Below are positions 37,797 through 51,277 of a stretch of 64,000 nucleotides of DNA, one piece after another. Position numbers and translations under genes: made by a program. This DNA comes from Asterias rubens. Taxonomy: Eukaryota. The DNA lies in assembly GCF_902459465.1 (NCBI RefSeq), contig NC_047066.1, forward strand, positions 16,678,001-16,742,000, read 5' to 3'. Each line of letters starts with the position of its first letter. The first letter of the stretch is position 1. Under the pieces are notes generated by a model. That model had not been told where the DNA came from. It saw only the letters and a program-made list of their open reading frames with translations, and did no database searches.

Positions 37797-39423
37797 CCTA
37801 GTCTGCCTTCCTGACATTGGAGAGGACTTGTGATATTTTGAGGTAAAAAGGGTAGTCCAATGGAACTTGTATGTATTGTTCAACACAGGAATTGAAAACT
37901 CTTCTTGATATTGAAAGGGCAACCCAACCATAGAAAAAAAGTGTAATCTGGAACCAAGCAGATGAAGATATTCATGTGAATCTTGCAAAGTGATACATGT
38001 ATATTGTAATTGACAGGTTGCCATGTTCAACAGATATATGTGCCAGCATTGCCTTATGGAATAAGTTATTGTATTTAAATATCTTATCAATATCATATAC
38101 CTTATATAAAAAAATTGTTGCTTGAAGCACTATTTCAATAATGAAGAAGGCAATTCCTAAGTGGAGCATTTCAAGAGACTTTTTTGCCCCAATTTAAAAC
38201 AACGTAAACAGCTACCTGAGCGGAATGTTTTCAACAGAAATGGTATTTTTACTTGTTTATAATGCACTTGTTCACCATTTTAACGTAATTTTGATATGTG
38301 TACACTTCTGAACTTTTCATAATTATCGAGTAAAAAATCAGGCCCCTACCTAAAGGTTTCTTGAAAAACTAAAAACACTTCTGCCGTTGAGAGCGGGCGT
38401 CAAAGGACAATGCCGCTGACGTCATTTGTGGGAGTTTGCTTTGTTATACATCCATGCTGCAACAAAGCGGCTTTATCTACTTATGACGTTTTGAGAGTGA
38501 TTACGTAACGGGGCTTTTCGCAAATCTCGCAGAAAAGCTCTGGACAAGGGCATACAAAATGATTGTTTTTTTTTCACAATTGAAACCTATTTATAATCAT
38601 ATGACTCGATTTCCTTATTCATCGAAAACATTTTAAGTGGAATTCAGCAAAGTTCACGACTTGACAATTTCGTTCAAGCAGGTCTTTAATATATGCAAAT
38701 GACAAGCAAATGGCCGTACGCCATTGGACAAGATGAGGATGGTACACACTTTGTTTAGACATTATAAAATGTACCTGCACATGTAGTTAGACCCTCTTCT
38801 AGAGAAGTATTTTCTGCTCATAAAGGTAGGGTCGTCATTTCGTAATGACCCCAAATCAATGAAAATATTTGAACTCTGAGAAATGATTTTTCATGGTGTC
38901 CGTTTGTGAATGCGGTGGCCTAAGATGCAGTTGGTGCCTGCTGTAACCTTGCTAAACAAAGATAGATTCAATGTTCGTGTGAAAACACACAATTTTCTCA
39001 GTATAAGAATTATCCTACCTTCAAGGCAGACCAAGGTATGCTTTTTGAAAGAAACTTGTTTTTGCCTGCTGTCTCCAGTTGGCAGCATGGTTATGTTTCT
39101 CATTGGGACTGTTCACCATCACTGTGGACAGAGACAATTAGCTCCATGCATTTTGGGAAGCTAGTGTGTATTTGATTCTCCACTGAAAATGTATCAAGTA
39201 CTTAATGTCAAATGTCACAATAAGTTGCACAAGTGTAGACGACAACAGCTATCAAAGAAATAGAGGAATAAAGCACTGGGAAAAGTAATATTTATGTTTC
39301 GTCTATGATTTATTCATTTTTAAAAGATAGTTATCATATAACAAGTACACATTGCTACCAGCGACCTAGAAATTCATTAAAAAAAGAAATAGAGTATTTT
39401 TCTTTATAAAGCAACAGTTTGCA

Positions 39424-39955
39424 TAGTCAGAGACCCAAGTACTTGGTATTCAGCTGCCAGACTCAGAGACCCAAGTACTTGGTACTCAGCTGTCAGACTA
39501 AGTACTCGGTACTCGAGTGTCAGACTCAGTACTCAGAGACCGAAGTACTTGGTACTCGGCTGTCAGACTCAGTACTCAGAGACCCAAGTACTTGGTACTC
39601 GAGTGTCAGACTCAGTACTCAGAGACCCAAGTGCTCGGTACTCAGCTGTCAGACTCAGTACTCAGAGACCTAAGTACTTGGTACTCGAGTGTCGGACTCA
39701 GTACTCAGAGACCCAAGTACTTGGTACTCGACTGTCAGACTCAGTGCTCAGAGACCCAAGTACTTGGGTCTCGACTGTCAGACTCAGTACTCAAAACTCT
39801 ACTGTCAGACTCAGTACTCAGAGACCCAAGTACTTGGTACTCGACTGTCAGACTCATTGCTCAGAGACCCAGGTACTTGGTACTCGACTGTCAGACTCAG
39901 TACTCAGAGACTACTTGGCTGTCAGAATCAGTGTTTAGAGACTAAAGTACTTGGT
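39424..39955. repeat. 43-bp minisatellite, about 12 degenerate copies
   Basis: Unit TGTCAGACTCAGTACTCAGAGACCCAAGTACTTGGTACTCGRS. The period is confirmed at 39518, 39561, 39604 and 39647. Confidence 0.95.
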
Positions 39956-39971
39956 ATAATAACAATGTTAA

Positions 39972-40350
39972 AGACACTGGACACTACTGGTAATTGTCAA
40001 AAACCAGTCTTCTCACTTTGTGTATCTCAACTAATCATAAAATAACAAACCTGTGAAAATTTGACCTTAATTGGTCATCAAAGTTGCGAGATAACTATTA
40101 AAGAAAAAACACCCTTGTCAGACGAAGCGTTGTGTTATAAATTCAGATGCTTGATTTCGAGACCTCAAATTCTAAATCTGAGGTCTCAAAATCAAATTCG
40201 TGGAAAAATTACTTCTCAAAAACTACATAACTTCAGAGGGAGCCCTTTCTCACAATGTTTTATACTATCAACCTCTCCCCATTACTCGGTACGAAGTAAG
40301 GTTTTATAAAAATAATTATTTTGAGTATTTACCAATAGTGTCCACTGCCT
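39972..40350. mobile_element. Kolobok-type MITE family A, copy 2
   Basis: TTAA|AGACACTGGACACT...AGTGTCCACTGCCT|TTAA. Confidence 0.85.
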
Positions 40351-40575
40351 TTAAATATTGGTGATTGGCTTATATAAATAAGTGCCGTCTTGTGACATCA
40401 ACCTTCGATTATGAATCTTGAAAGTCAAATTTTGTCTCTTTGATCACGAGACAATGATTCATGGATCAGAAACAGCTTCTTTGTTTGGTTGGTGTCATCA
40501 AGCTGATTTTAAACTTTGTTTCTGAAATATAACTCAGTAGATACTGCCTGGCCCATCATGTTCAAAGTCTTGTTT

Positions 40576-40678
40576 TTATACAGTCAGCTTGAATTTCAAC
40601 CCTGGGGCAGCCTTGTAGCAGAAGGTTCCAACCCAGACCTGGTGATTGGTATCTGTGAATCCACCACTTCCTTCCATC
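40576..40678 (-). CDS. MORN2: MORN repeat-containing protein 2, terminal exon
   Basis: (R)MEGSGGFTDTNHQVWVGTFCYKAAPGLKFKLTV* matches the MORN2 C-terminus pattern (R.EG.G..TD..G..W.G.F...AAP.LK.KL). Confidence 0.88.
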
Positions 40679-41082
40679 CTATATAACATAAACAGAACAT
40701 TAAGTACAGCTCTGCATTATTTGATTTGCCCCATGGAACAAGTTATAATTCGCACCATCCCCTAAAGCAACTCCTATAACAAACGTATATCACAGCACAT
40801 GTATTTATTGACAGTTTTTTTTCTACAGGATTGCAATAACTTTTTAATCAGCAAGCTCTATAATTCAAAGTAATCTTTATCTCTGTCTGGATCATTACCA
40901 ATCATTGTCAATGAATACTCTAGTTTAAAAACAACATGACTCATTCACTGTGAAATACATAATATCTTATACCTAGAAACATCAAGTTGTATAATTGTAC
41001 CAATTATTTGTACACGACCAAAGTGAAATGTTTGACTGTTCAATTCAATATTTTAGAATTATGTTTTGAATAATAGTATTCA

Positions 41083-41394
<312 letters not shown>

Positions 41395-42231
41395 TTATAG
41401 GTATGTATGAAAGTTACAGCAATTTATTTAAACTTTGTATAATAGCTTTCAAATTATTGAATGTCTTACTATTGGTAGTATACTTGTGATGTATAATGCA
41501 CTACATGTACATATGTCTGTCTTAAATTACACCAAGTCCAAATTATGAGAAGCTAACAGGTAAGGATGTTATGAACACCTTGAAAATAGTACTCGTGTAA
41601 AAGACCATGCCAGAAAAACCAAGGCCACCCCTTCCCTCACCCCCTCCACATTTACTAGGTGCTCTTATATGCACTTCAAAACACACAGGACCAGCAACTT
41701 TCTATCCACCGGACAAAGCAAATTGGTTCTTGCTATAAAAAAACAACACACACCGACCACACCAGAGCTTGAGTTCATTGAACTAGACAGCTAAAACAAT
41801 GTCTTTGTTAATGGTAAGTGTCTCAATATTGTCAACATTCTCTAAGCTGCACTAGTCTACGTGAGCATTTTAGTGCTGCCTTTTGCACTGATAATCACAA
41901 CATCGATCACTTTCGGCACCACAATTACCTTGGCATAGTCTAACACACACAAAATCAAAAGTTATACTCGATACTAAAATTTTTCAGTGCCGAAAAGCAC
42001 GAGGGTGCTGCAAAGAGAGTGCACTCATTCTAGTTGAGGATGGATTCTAATGGCTATAGCTTGTTTACATTATATATTTTATATTATATACATTAATGAA
42101 AATGACAAACTTTTGAAGATAAATAGAGCATGCAGAATTGCAACTGTGATAGGTCGGAACTTGATGGATTGGTCGTTGTACTATTTTGCTCAGGATGCAA
42201 TGGACAATACTAGGTCTGAAGTCTGCATTAC

Positions 42232-42318
42232 CATATCTATCACCGTTAGGGAAAATGTAGACGCCAGTCAGTGGAACTGCAGGTGACTCCTCTTCTTTCT
42301 CCACCTTCTTTGTCTTCC
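42232..42318 (-). CDS. MORN2: MORN2 internal exon
   Basis: (G)KTKKVEKEEESPAVPLTGVYIFPNGDRY(D). Acceptor CATTAG|, donor G|GTAATG. The phases match the next exon. Confidence 0.85.
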
Positions 42319-42869
42319 CTAATGACAAAAAAATAAAAATACATATCCACTTATTCAAGACTGATGAATTTCAACAAAAACTTTACTACTCAGTTCAGAT
42401 TCCTTATAGCACAATTCCTCATAACTTAAATTCTGCACAGTCACTATTTAATCAAATTATTTTTTTAGAGTGTATTTGAACAGTTCTTTAAATAAGGGAA
42501 TAAAAGTGTAGCGATGAGTTCTGTCATGGTTTCTCTTGGTTTATCATTTAACGCATTGCTGGACATTGGTGCTTGGCTGTGGGCTATTCAAGAAAGGGGA
42601 TTAGGTATTGTTAACTAATTATATGCCTGTTGCTCTGACTTAATTTAGTGCCATGTAAGGTTCTTGAAGGCATTATAACTGCTGCCTTAATAAATAAGGG
42701 AATAAAGTGTCGTGACTCGTTCTTTCACGGCCGTTTAGAACCGGCAGAGTCGTTGCCATGTGAAGGCTCGGGCCTTTATCACACGGCAACGACCCTGCAA
42801 CGACCATAAATGCCTTTTTGTTTAAAAGCTGAATAAAGTAAGAAACTCTGTAAAACTTATGCGTTTCCG

Positions 42870-43075
42870 ACGTGCTTGAGCTCTGTATTTAACATCCCCA
42901 CGTGACGCGCTCTCCACCAATAGGAATAGCGAAACTGTCTGATGAATGTTCATTCATCAATACCTCAGACAGTTTCGCTATTCATTCCTTTTGGTGGATA
43001 GTGTCACGTGGGGGTGTTTAAACGGTTGATAATGACCAGCTGAGCTGTTTATATACCGGTTGTTTTCGGATACCT
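42870..43075. mobile_element. Palindromic MITE-like inverted repeat centred near 42955
   Basis: AACATCCCCACGTGAC...GAATAGCGAAACTGTCTGA is mirrored by TCAGACAGTTTCGCTATTC...GTCACGTGGGGGTGTT. Confidence 0.7.
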
Positions 43076-45035
43076 TTGTGCAGGTTAGCCCACAACCTCA
43101 CAACCAGGGGTGATCGTCCTCTCGCCATGCCATTTTGGACAATGAATACGAGGATGCATCAAACTTCTACTACATATGCGCACGAATGCATATTCAAAAA
43201 CTGGCTCAGTCATAAAAATGCAACACACGTACATAGCTCAAGGAAAGGACGTCGGAAAATTTACAGATTTTCTTACTTTATTAGGCCTTTTAACCAAAAA
43301 GGCATTTATAAATGGGAATAAAAGAGTCGTTGACTCGGCAGTTTAAGAACTATATAGTCACATCCTTTTATTCCCTAACTATTAGCATGGAGCAATCATA
43401 AAAGCTTGACCTTGTCTTTTTTTTCAGTCCAAATCATGCCAGGTCTTGACTAGCACCACTTTTGTGCCCAAGTCTTAGGCCTATCCTTGGCCACAAACAT
43501 GTGTGTCAATCAGGGGGGGGGGGGGGGAAAGGGGGGACAAGTCCCCCATCTTTTGAAGGGTGGGGGACACAATATCAAATGTCAATCATTAGCATACTGT
43601 GATCAGCCATGCGCCATGATGTTTATTGTGCCAATTGCCAATAATGTCCATAAGTGTTTGTGTACAAAAAGGATGCAAAATCTTGAAAAATCAACAATGT
43701 TGAGGTTCAAATAATGGCTATTTGATCCCCAAATTGGTCGATAACATTAATTGGTAAAGCAGCTCCTGAAAAAAATCTCACCATGGCCGTGTACGGAGTA
43801 CCAACTGTTTTCAGCATAAGCTGAGACGTTCAGGGAGGTTAATTTGTGGTGTTTTTGGTGTATACATGTAGTTATAGTCCTGTTAAATCCCTTTAACTTT
43901 ACCATTTACTGTCAACTAATACATCAAAAGAAAGAGCCCACCCTCCTCTATACGACAAAATAAAATATTTGATGCGCAAATATTTACTGCAGATACATGT
44001 CCAAGGCAATAGAAAACATGTATTAGCTCGTTTAAGGAAAAAAGGTGTGATTTTCTCATTTCGTTGATATGAACTGTTTCAAAATGAAGTGCAGTGATGT
44101 CTACAAAATTCTGGTAATACTTTTCCACCTGGAAAGAGTAAAACAGGACACACACATGTAGACCATGGGATAGGTATTGAGAAGGGGCTTGTTTTGGTTC
44201 TGTGGTCCCCATCTCCGCACTGCATGAAATTTGTCTGTTATGAGACCCTAATACATACGTACATGTCATTACATGTATACAACAGTACGCACACTGTCAA
44301 ATCATTCTCAGTCTACAAGTCTGTTGACCCTAATGGGCAGCGCTTATCAGTTAAGAATGATCTAGAAGGATCTGGGCTCTGGAAGTCTGAAGTTAGTTTA
44401 AGTACCTTCCAGAAAACACCACAAATCCTTTAACTGTATAAAGGCTGGGATGAATTTTCAAAGTCCACCTGAGAGAAGGATTTCAAGCCTGCAGGAGGCT
44501 GTCGAAGCACAACAGAGATCGCAATTCACGCATTTCACGCACTACGGCGTCTCTATCGCCACCTTTCTTCTGAACACCAGGGAAACTAGATGGCCAAAAG
44601 CTGCCAGTGATAACTATTTACCCGATCAAGTAACACAATGCATTGTTTGGTTTCTATCAGGCTAATTGAACCCCCATCTTTTACACGGCACAGCCTGTGG
44701 TGAAGCCATAAAAATTATGAGTAATAAATTTGCATATTTGTTCATAATAACACCTTTTTAATGTTTTTGATTTTTTTAACGCCGGCTGCAGTTTACAATA
44801 AAGTTGTCATTTCTGGATATTTGGGTTTAAAAGGCTCATATCCACTTCAACCTTACGTAGTTTTTTGTAACCCCTCTGATGTCTACATAGCTATTCAGCT
44901 ACTTGTCAAAGCCTATGTAGCATCTAGACAAGGGTGCGACTGCCGACAGTGGCTGGTTTATGCGCTCAGTGGGTGCCAAAATATGCACAAAAATAGAGAT
45001 TTTTTGAGTGTGCAAGTAAAAACAGGACTTAATGC

Positions 45036-45260
45036 CTACTCGCATCTGATGGCCTCCTTGAACTGCTCCAAGGTGGGCAGCCCAATGATGTCTTGAGGAA
45101 GCTCATCCCAGTCCTTTATGTTGCGAGGAAAAAAACTATATTTGTGTGAGTCTGATGAAGTAAAATAAAAATCACAAGATCTTGTAATTGAAGTATGGAA
45201 ATATGGTCGATGACGATCGCACAGAACTTTCAGGTTTTTCTTTAAGTGTTTTGACAAACC
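45036..45260 (-). mobile_element. CR1 LINE 3' end fragment
   Basis: HKYSFFPRNIKDWDELPQDII is the typical CR1 ORF2 C-terminus. Confidence 0.75.
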
Positions 45261-46889
45261 ATTAGTCTAAAAGGTAATATTTTATACTAAAATTATAGAT
45301 TATTAAAAAAAAATACACCGGAAAGGCTTTCGATTTGTGCAATCTTTGCAGAATATTAAGTATTGTAATGCCTCAAAAAGTTACGGGACAGGTGCCTGCG
45401 GGAATATTTGCAGCGCGCAAATTTGGGGTAGGCCTATCGGAGGATATTATAACAAATTATGAATAATAAAAATTTTCAATGCTTCTGAAGTTTTTGTTTG
45501 TTTTTTTAACCCAGTTTGCAGATTCATTCAAATTGTAATTTCTGGAAATTTGCTAAATGCGTAACCCTCCTCCCGACAGCGTTATCACAACTAGAAGTTT
45601 GCCTACAACAACCGTCAAGGCACACGCCCAATTTCTTTTCTAGAACTATGAAGTTCTTTCAGCTATCGTCTCCACGACTATACGCCTCTCTTAATACTTA
45701 TGCATGACGTCATAATTCTTACCCAAAATGAGGCTTTGAGCTCACATCCCCCATCACTTGCAGTGGCTGCGCCCATCACCTCGTTTTGGATTAGCATTGT
45801 GACGTACCTCATGCATAAATATTTTGTACCCTCTCTGTTGTCATGTAAAAATCTTGTGATCTTGTAATTTAAGTTTGGAAGTATGGCAGATGACAAACAT
45901 GTACACACAGAACTATCTGTCTAACAGATTATCTATCTAAGGCAGTAAGGAGACAAGTATAAATGTTGGGCGCGATCGGTCAATCTGCGCGATCAGTCAA
46001 TCGCGCTGTATGGGCATTGGGGCAAAAAAGACAAACTTAAAAATAAAAATAAAAATTAAAACTTTATTTACACGCAAACAATTTAATTTAAAAACAAAAG
46101 TATGAAACACAAAAAAAACTTTAATAAAAAACAAATCAAAAGACAAACTTTAAAGTCACCTGGAAGTGGTATTTTGTCAAAATAAAGCTTTTGTCATTAA
46201 AATATGTGTTTTGATGAGTGGAATATGAGTGGAATATGTCTGGATACCTGATCGGTATGATGCTTACGTACAGAACTACGGTCACAGAGCAGACTGCACG
46301 CACTGTATGGCTGCTGTGCTGATGGTCCACTCGGATTACCCAGCACGGTGAATCGCAATCAGTGCCAACACAAGATATTGACGCTTGGCGCAAGCTAAAA
46401 ACACGCACTCAAAGTTGAAAAAATACCCGACTTTTTCACGTTAGGCAAATGCTCCTTTAGGTTCGTTACGTCTTTCAGGTACCTTCTTCTTCCCCACTAG
46501 CTGGGATGGCGTCATGTTTTAGAAAAGAACTTTTCTCTTCATGTCAAAATGTGTATATTGTACGTATTTCGGATTCTCGAAAGACGACGACTCAAAGTGT
46601 TTGCTGCACAGCGCTGGAAAAGATGTCGAACTGGATCACTTTGCAAACTGACCCCATCTTTAGTTGTTTTGCTGCATCCAGCATACACCAGCTGGTCGAC
46701 ATTGCCGGAAAAATGCAAGAAAAAAATCATTTTTCGAAACGTACAAACTCGCAACTAGGACTTGAATGTACTTGCACGAACGTGTGTTCGATGTTCGATC
46801 GAGGCAAAGTCTGCCTCGATTTACGTCACAAAAGGGGCAGGCAGAGTCACCCCACATAACTTTTTTTAATTTTATTTTTTTATATTTTA

Positions 46890-49800
46890 TCAATTCAGTC
46901 ACAGTTCCGCTCTCTGCTCGAAGAGTATGACAAGGTATTTGACCCCGCGTTCCCTGGCTACAGCGGCTCTGCAGGCTCCTTTCAAGCAGTCGTAAACATG
47001 GGTCCAGTTCAACCCCCACAGCGCAAAGGCCGACTCCCCCAGTACGCTCAAGACAAAGCTCAAGAAAGAACTCCAGCACAAGTGTGATGAACTTGATATA
47101 CTTTGAGTCTATGCCCGCCCTGAAGATGTCGGCATCCCTGTCGACTACCTGAACCCCTCCTTCCTTATCAAGAAACCAAATGGAGGGTTTCGTCTAGTCA
47201 CAGCCTTCGCTGATGTCGGCCGCTACAGCAAACCCCAACCATCACTAATGCCCGACGTCGACTCAACTCTTCGGAAAATCGCACGATGGCGTTACCTCAT
47301 CGCCACTGACCTTACCAGTTCATTCTACCAAATTCGCCTCTCTCTCAGCAGTCAATGAAATACTGCGGTGTTGCGACCCCATTCAAGGGTGTATGAGTAT
47401 ATACCAGATCTGCTATGGGCATGCCCGGTTCAGAAACCGCACTTGAAGAACTTATGTGCCGTGTCCTTGGAGATCTACTTGAGAGAGGCATCGTGGCAAA
47501 GCTCGCAGACGATCTTCACAGCGGAGGTGACACTATTGAAGAACTACTTCTCAACTGGAGGCAGGTATTACTGCGGAGGTGACACTATTGAAGAACTACT
47601 TCTCAACTGGAGGCAGGTATTACATGCCCTGTACACCAACGCCCTCCGCCTTTCGTCCCGCATCTCTCCGAAGAGCACCACTATTTTAGGGTGGATTTGG
47701 TCCAATGGCTCCATCCAGGCAAGCCCCCACCAATTAGTGACACTCTCCACTTGTGCTACACCAGCAAAAGTTCGAGGTCTGCGATCCTTCATTGGAGCCT
47801 TCAAAGTCCTTGCTCGTGTTATCCCCAACTGCTCATCCCTCCTGTCCCCCTTAGAGGAAGCAGTCGTCAGTCTCAAGAAACGTTGAATTGGTTTGAAGAT
47901 CTTCGCAGCACGTTTTAGACGGCACAAGCTGCCCTCTCATCGACCCGAACTATCACGCTCCCTCGTCCAAATGACCAATTGTGGATCGTGACAGATGGTT
48001 CTGTCAAGAAGCACAGCATTGGTGCTACCCTTTATGTCACCCGCAACGGCAAACCCCGTCTTGCAGGCTTTTTCAGCGCCAAATTGCGTGGGCGACAGCC
48101 GACCTGGATACCATGCGAAGTAGAAGCTCTCTCCATCGCAGCCTCCACCAAGCATTTTGGGCCATTTATCGTTCAGTCTACGAATCACGCATGCATCCTG
48201 ACCAACAGTAAGCCATGTGTCCAGGCCTACGAAAAGTTGTGTCGTGGTGAATTCTCTGCCAGCCCACGGATTTCAACCTTTCTATCAACCGTTAGCCGCT
48301 TCCAAGCCTCTATTCGTCATCTTGCTGGTTCGGCCAACATCCCCTCCGATTTTGCTAGCCGCAATGCCCCGGATTGCTATGACTCCACTTGCCAAGTATG
48401 CACCTTTGTCAGACACATTGAAGAGTCCACGGTCATGCGAGTGTCTGCCCAGGAGATCCTCTCCGGTGACGCTAAGCTCCCATTCACAAGCAGAGCAGCA
48501 TGGTTTGCCGTTCAGTCGGAATGTCCAGATTTGCGCCGCACTCATGCTCACCTGGTCCAGGGCACCCGTCCTCCCAAAAAAGCCACAACCATCAAGGATG
48601 TCAAACGATACCTACAAGTCCCATCGGTTGCTAAGGACGGCCTACTGATAGTTCGCAGAGAAGTGCCACTGTTCCCTCTGTGAGAATGCATCATCGTTCC
48701 CCGTCAAGTTCTCCACGGCCTCCTTACCGCGCTACACATCCAACTCGACCACCCAACACGCCACCAACTCAATTCTGTGACTCGTCGATACTTCTTCGCT
48801 CTCGATTTAGACAAGTCTGTTGACGAAGTTAGTTCCAGCTGTCATCATTGCGCATCTCTACTCAACACACCCCACACTGCCGTAAAGCAGTCTACAGGCG
48901 AGCCTACTGATTTGGTCGGTATCTCTTTCGCATCAGACGTGATCAAGCGCAACTGCCAACTGATCCTCATCTTACGCGAATGCTCAACTTCCTACACAAC
49001 ATCATGTATCATTGACGATGAACGCCTCGACACACTGCGCACAGCCCTTATTCGCCTCTGCATCGAGTTCCGCCCATTGGACGGCCCCCTCTCTGTAATC
49101 CGCACTGACCCAGCACCAGGCTTCACCCGGCTAGTCCAGGACAAGCTCCTCCAACAACATCGCATTTGTATCAAAATTGGCCGCATCAAGAACCCTAACA
49201 AAAACCCAATCGCTGAGAAGGCAGTTCGCGAATTAGAAGACGAGCTACTACGCCAAGACCCATCTGGTAGTCCAGCTACACCACTCACACTTTCGCTGGC
49301 CACCGCAGTCTTGAACTCTCGTATCCGTAACCGCGGGTTGTCAGCACGTGAAATGTGGTTCCAACGCAATCAGTTCACCAACCAGCAAACTCCGTGTGCT
49401 GACCTCGACATGATCCAGGCCCAACACCAACATCGCTCTCGCAACCACCCGCACAGCGAAAAATGCAAAGCCCCTCTGAAGTCTCTTCCACCCGAGACAC
49501 CGGTTGAAGTCGGCGACTTGGTATACCTCTACAGCGACCGCAACAAGTCTCGTGCAAGAAATCGCTATCTAGTCTCATCTGTCGACGGCCTGTGGTGCAA
49601 CATCCGCAAATTTGTTGGCTCCCAACTCAGGAGCAGCTCGTACCGTGTCAAGAACTCAGATTGCTACAAAGTTCCCTGCAATTTGGGTCGTCCCCTCCCA
49701 TACTCTCGCGATAACGCCACGATGACGATGCTGACTTTGAACCCGTGCCTCAGCCCCCCAACCGCCGGACATTCCTCACGAACTTTCCGCGCCAGCCGAA

Positions 49801-50480
49801 AGCGCGTCCAACGCTGTTCATGGCAGTGCCCATCCACCTACAGATTTTGGTCCCGACTTACACTTGGCTTATGACTCTGTGGCAGGCAAGCCTGACAACA
49901 ACAAAAGTGCTTCACTGGATTTGCCCGAATATCTCAAACTCAACCCAGACGCTCCAGTCGTCAGCGCCGCCTCCCTGGTCACTTGAAAGACTTTATTGTT
50001 GACCTGTAACTTTCCAGTTGTTCCCTACTTCGTTTGGGGCAGTATAATCCCCAAAGGCTCGAGGGTAGTCCACCCCCATGACAGCCTTTCCCGTCATGTT
50101 TATCCAAGTTATTGTTAGTTTTTCGCGTTTCATGTTTTCGCGTTTCATGTTTTCGCTACTTGCCATTAATGATTGCTCAATAATGAGGTCTCCCAAGATG
50201 ACTGTTTTACTAATACGCGGTCATTACCGACTCTTACATTCAGTTTGTTAGATGGCTCTCCTTTCTCCTCTTTTGAACAATGGACAAATGGTAAATAGAA
50301 GGAGTCACACCAGTTCAGTCTAGCGCCCTCTTGAGATCGCTCTTGGTTCACTTCATGTTATAACTTCTCTGTATTAGTTACCGATTATTCCTGACCTGTT
50401 GGCAGTATTAAAAGCTGTAGTTTCTCATGAATCGAGTTCTATTTTGATCGTGTATGTTTAGACATCCAACTACTACGGTA
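46890..50480 (+). mobile_element. Third Gypsy-type LTR retrotransposon, 5'-truncated (pol and probable 3' LTR), decayed
   Basis: RT ([34 protein letters not shown]), RH (IVTDGSV, PCEVEAL) and INT (CHHC, FASDVI, RTDPAPGF, IAEKAVRE) lie across frameshifted ORFs. There is a purine tract at ~50296-50304 and an LTR-like stretch after it; the LTR end is approximate. Confidence 0.85.
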
Positions 50481-51210
50481 TCAGTCTTCAAGATTCTGGA
50501 CTAAAAATAATTTTGTATCATAACGAAGTGTAGGGGAGATGCAGGAGAGTTGGTCCATATGCCCTCTGTATGTAGTGTCTAACCAAACTGTCTTTTTGGC
50601 TACAACAGAGAATGTGAGAGATAGGCCTAAGTGCTCAAAGTGGGAGTGACAAGAACATCTAAATTCCACTAAAAAGTGAATTTTTGGAACTCCAGATTAA
50701 AAGACCCTTTCTATTACTTACATGTTTAGCAATGAATTAAGTGATAATGTGTCTAATATAAATAGCCTAATTATTGTTGTTTATTATCGGTAATTTTAAT
50801 TGGATCTAATTCAATTGTTTTAAATCAAAATCAAGTCACAAGTCAAAATGGCTTTTTCATAGGAGAGTTGAGCCAATGTGTTTTATGGCTAATTGTTGCA
50901 ATCCAAAACGAATTCACGTTCCGTATCGAACATTTTGTTACCTTAAGGGGATGCAACTTTTTTTGTTTCAGATACCAATATAAACCACAAGGGAAACTGA
51001 CTGGGTAAATTTTGAAATGAGTTTTGGGGTTGAACAAAGAATTGACTAGAATCGCATCCCCTTTTAAAGGTGATCCCCTGGCTGCCGCTTCCCACCTTGT
51101 ATCGTAACTGGGTGTGATCCCTGGCTATACACGGCAGTTAAAGGTTGTATGGCTTCTGACTGGCACCCCCGAACAAAGATACTGACAAAAAAGGGACACC
51201 GCCAATATAG

Positions 51211-51277
51211 GGCTAGATAGCTCAGTTGGTAGAGTGCCAGCACGTTAATCCGGAGGTTGTGGTTCGAATCCCACTCT
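51211..51277 (+). other. tRNA-like module (Asn/Thr-like), repeat-borne, truncated at the 3' acceptor strand
   Basis: A box TAGCTCAGTTGG and B box GGTTCGAATCC. It shares flanks with the copy at 52919-52991. Confidence 0.7.

Noticed and set aside
39419-40045. Repetitive ORFs (e.g. YSETQVLGTRLSDSVLRD)
   Set aside because: They are translations of the 43-bp minisatellite.
43510-43570. G-tracts here and C-tracts at ~55500 and ~37475 as functional G-quadruplexes
   Set aside because: These are homopolymer runs typical of MITE interiors, with no independent support.
46506-46859. ORF MASCFRKELF... as a gene head to head with MORN2
   Set aside because: No recognisable homology and no downstream exons. 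The region is CpG-rich and promoter-like, but this is unproven.
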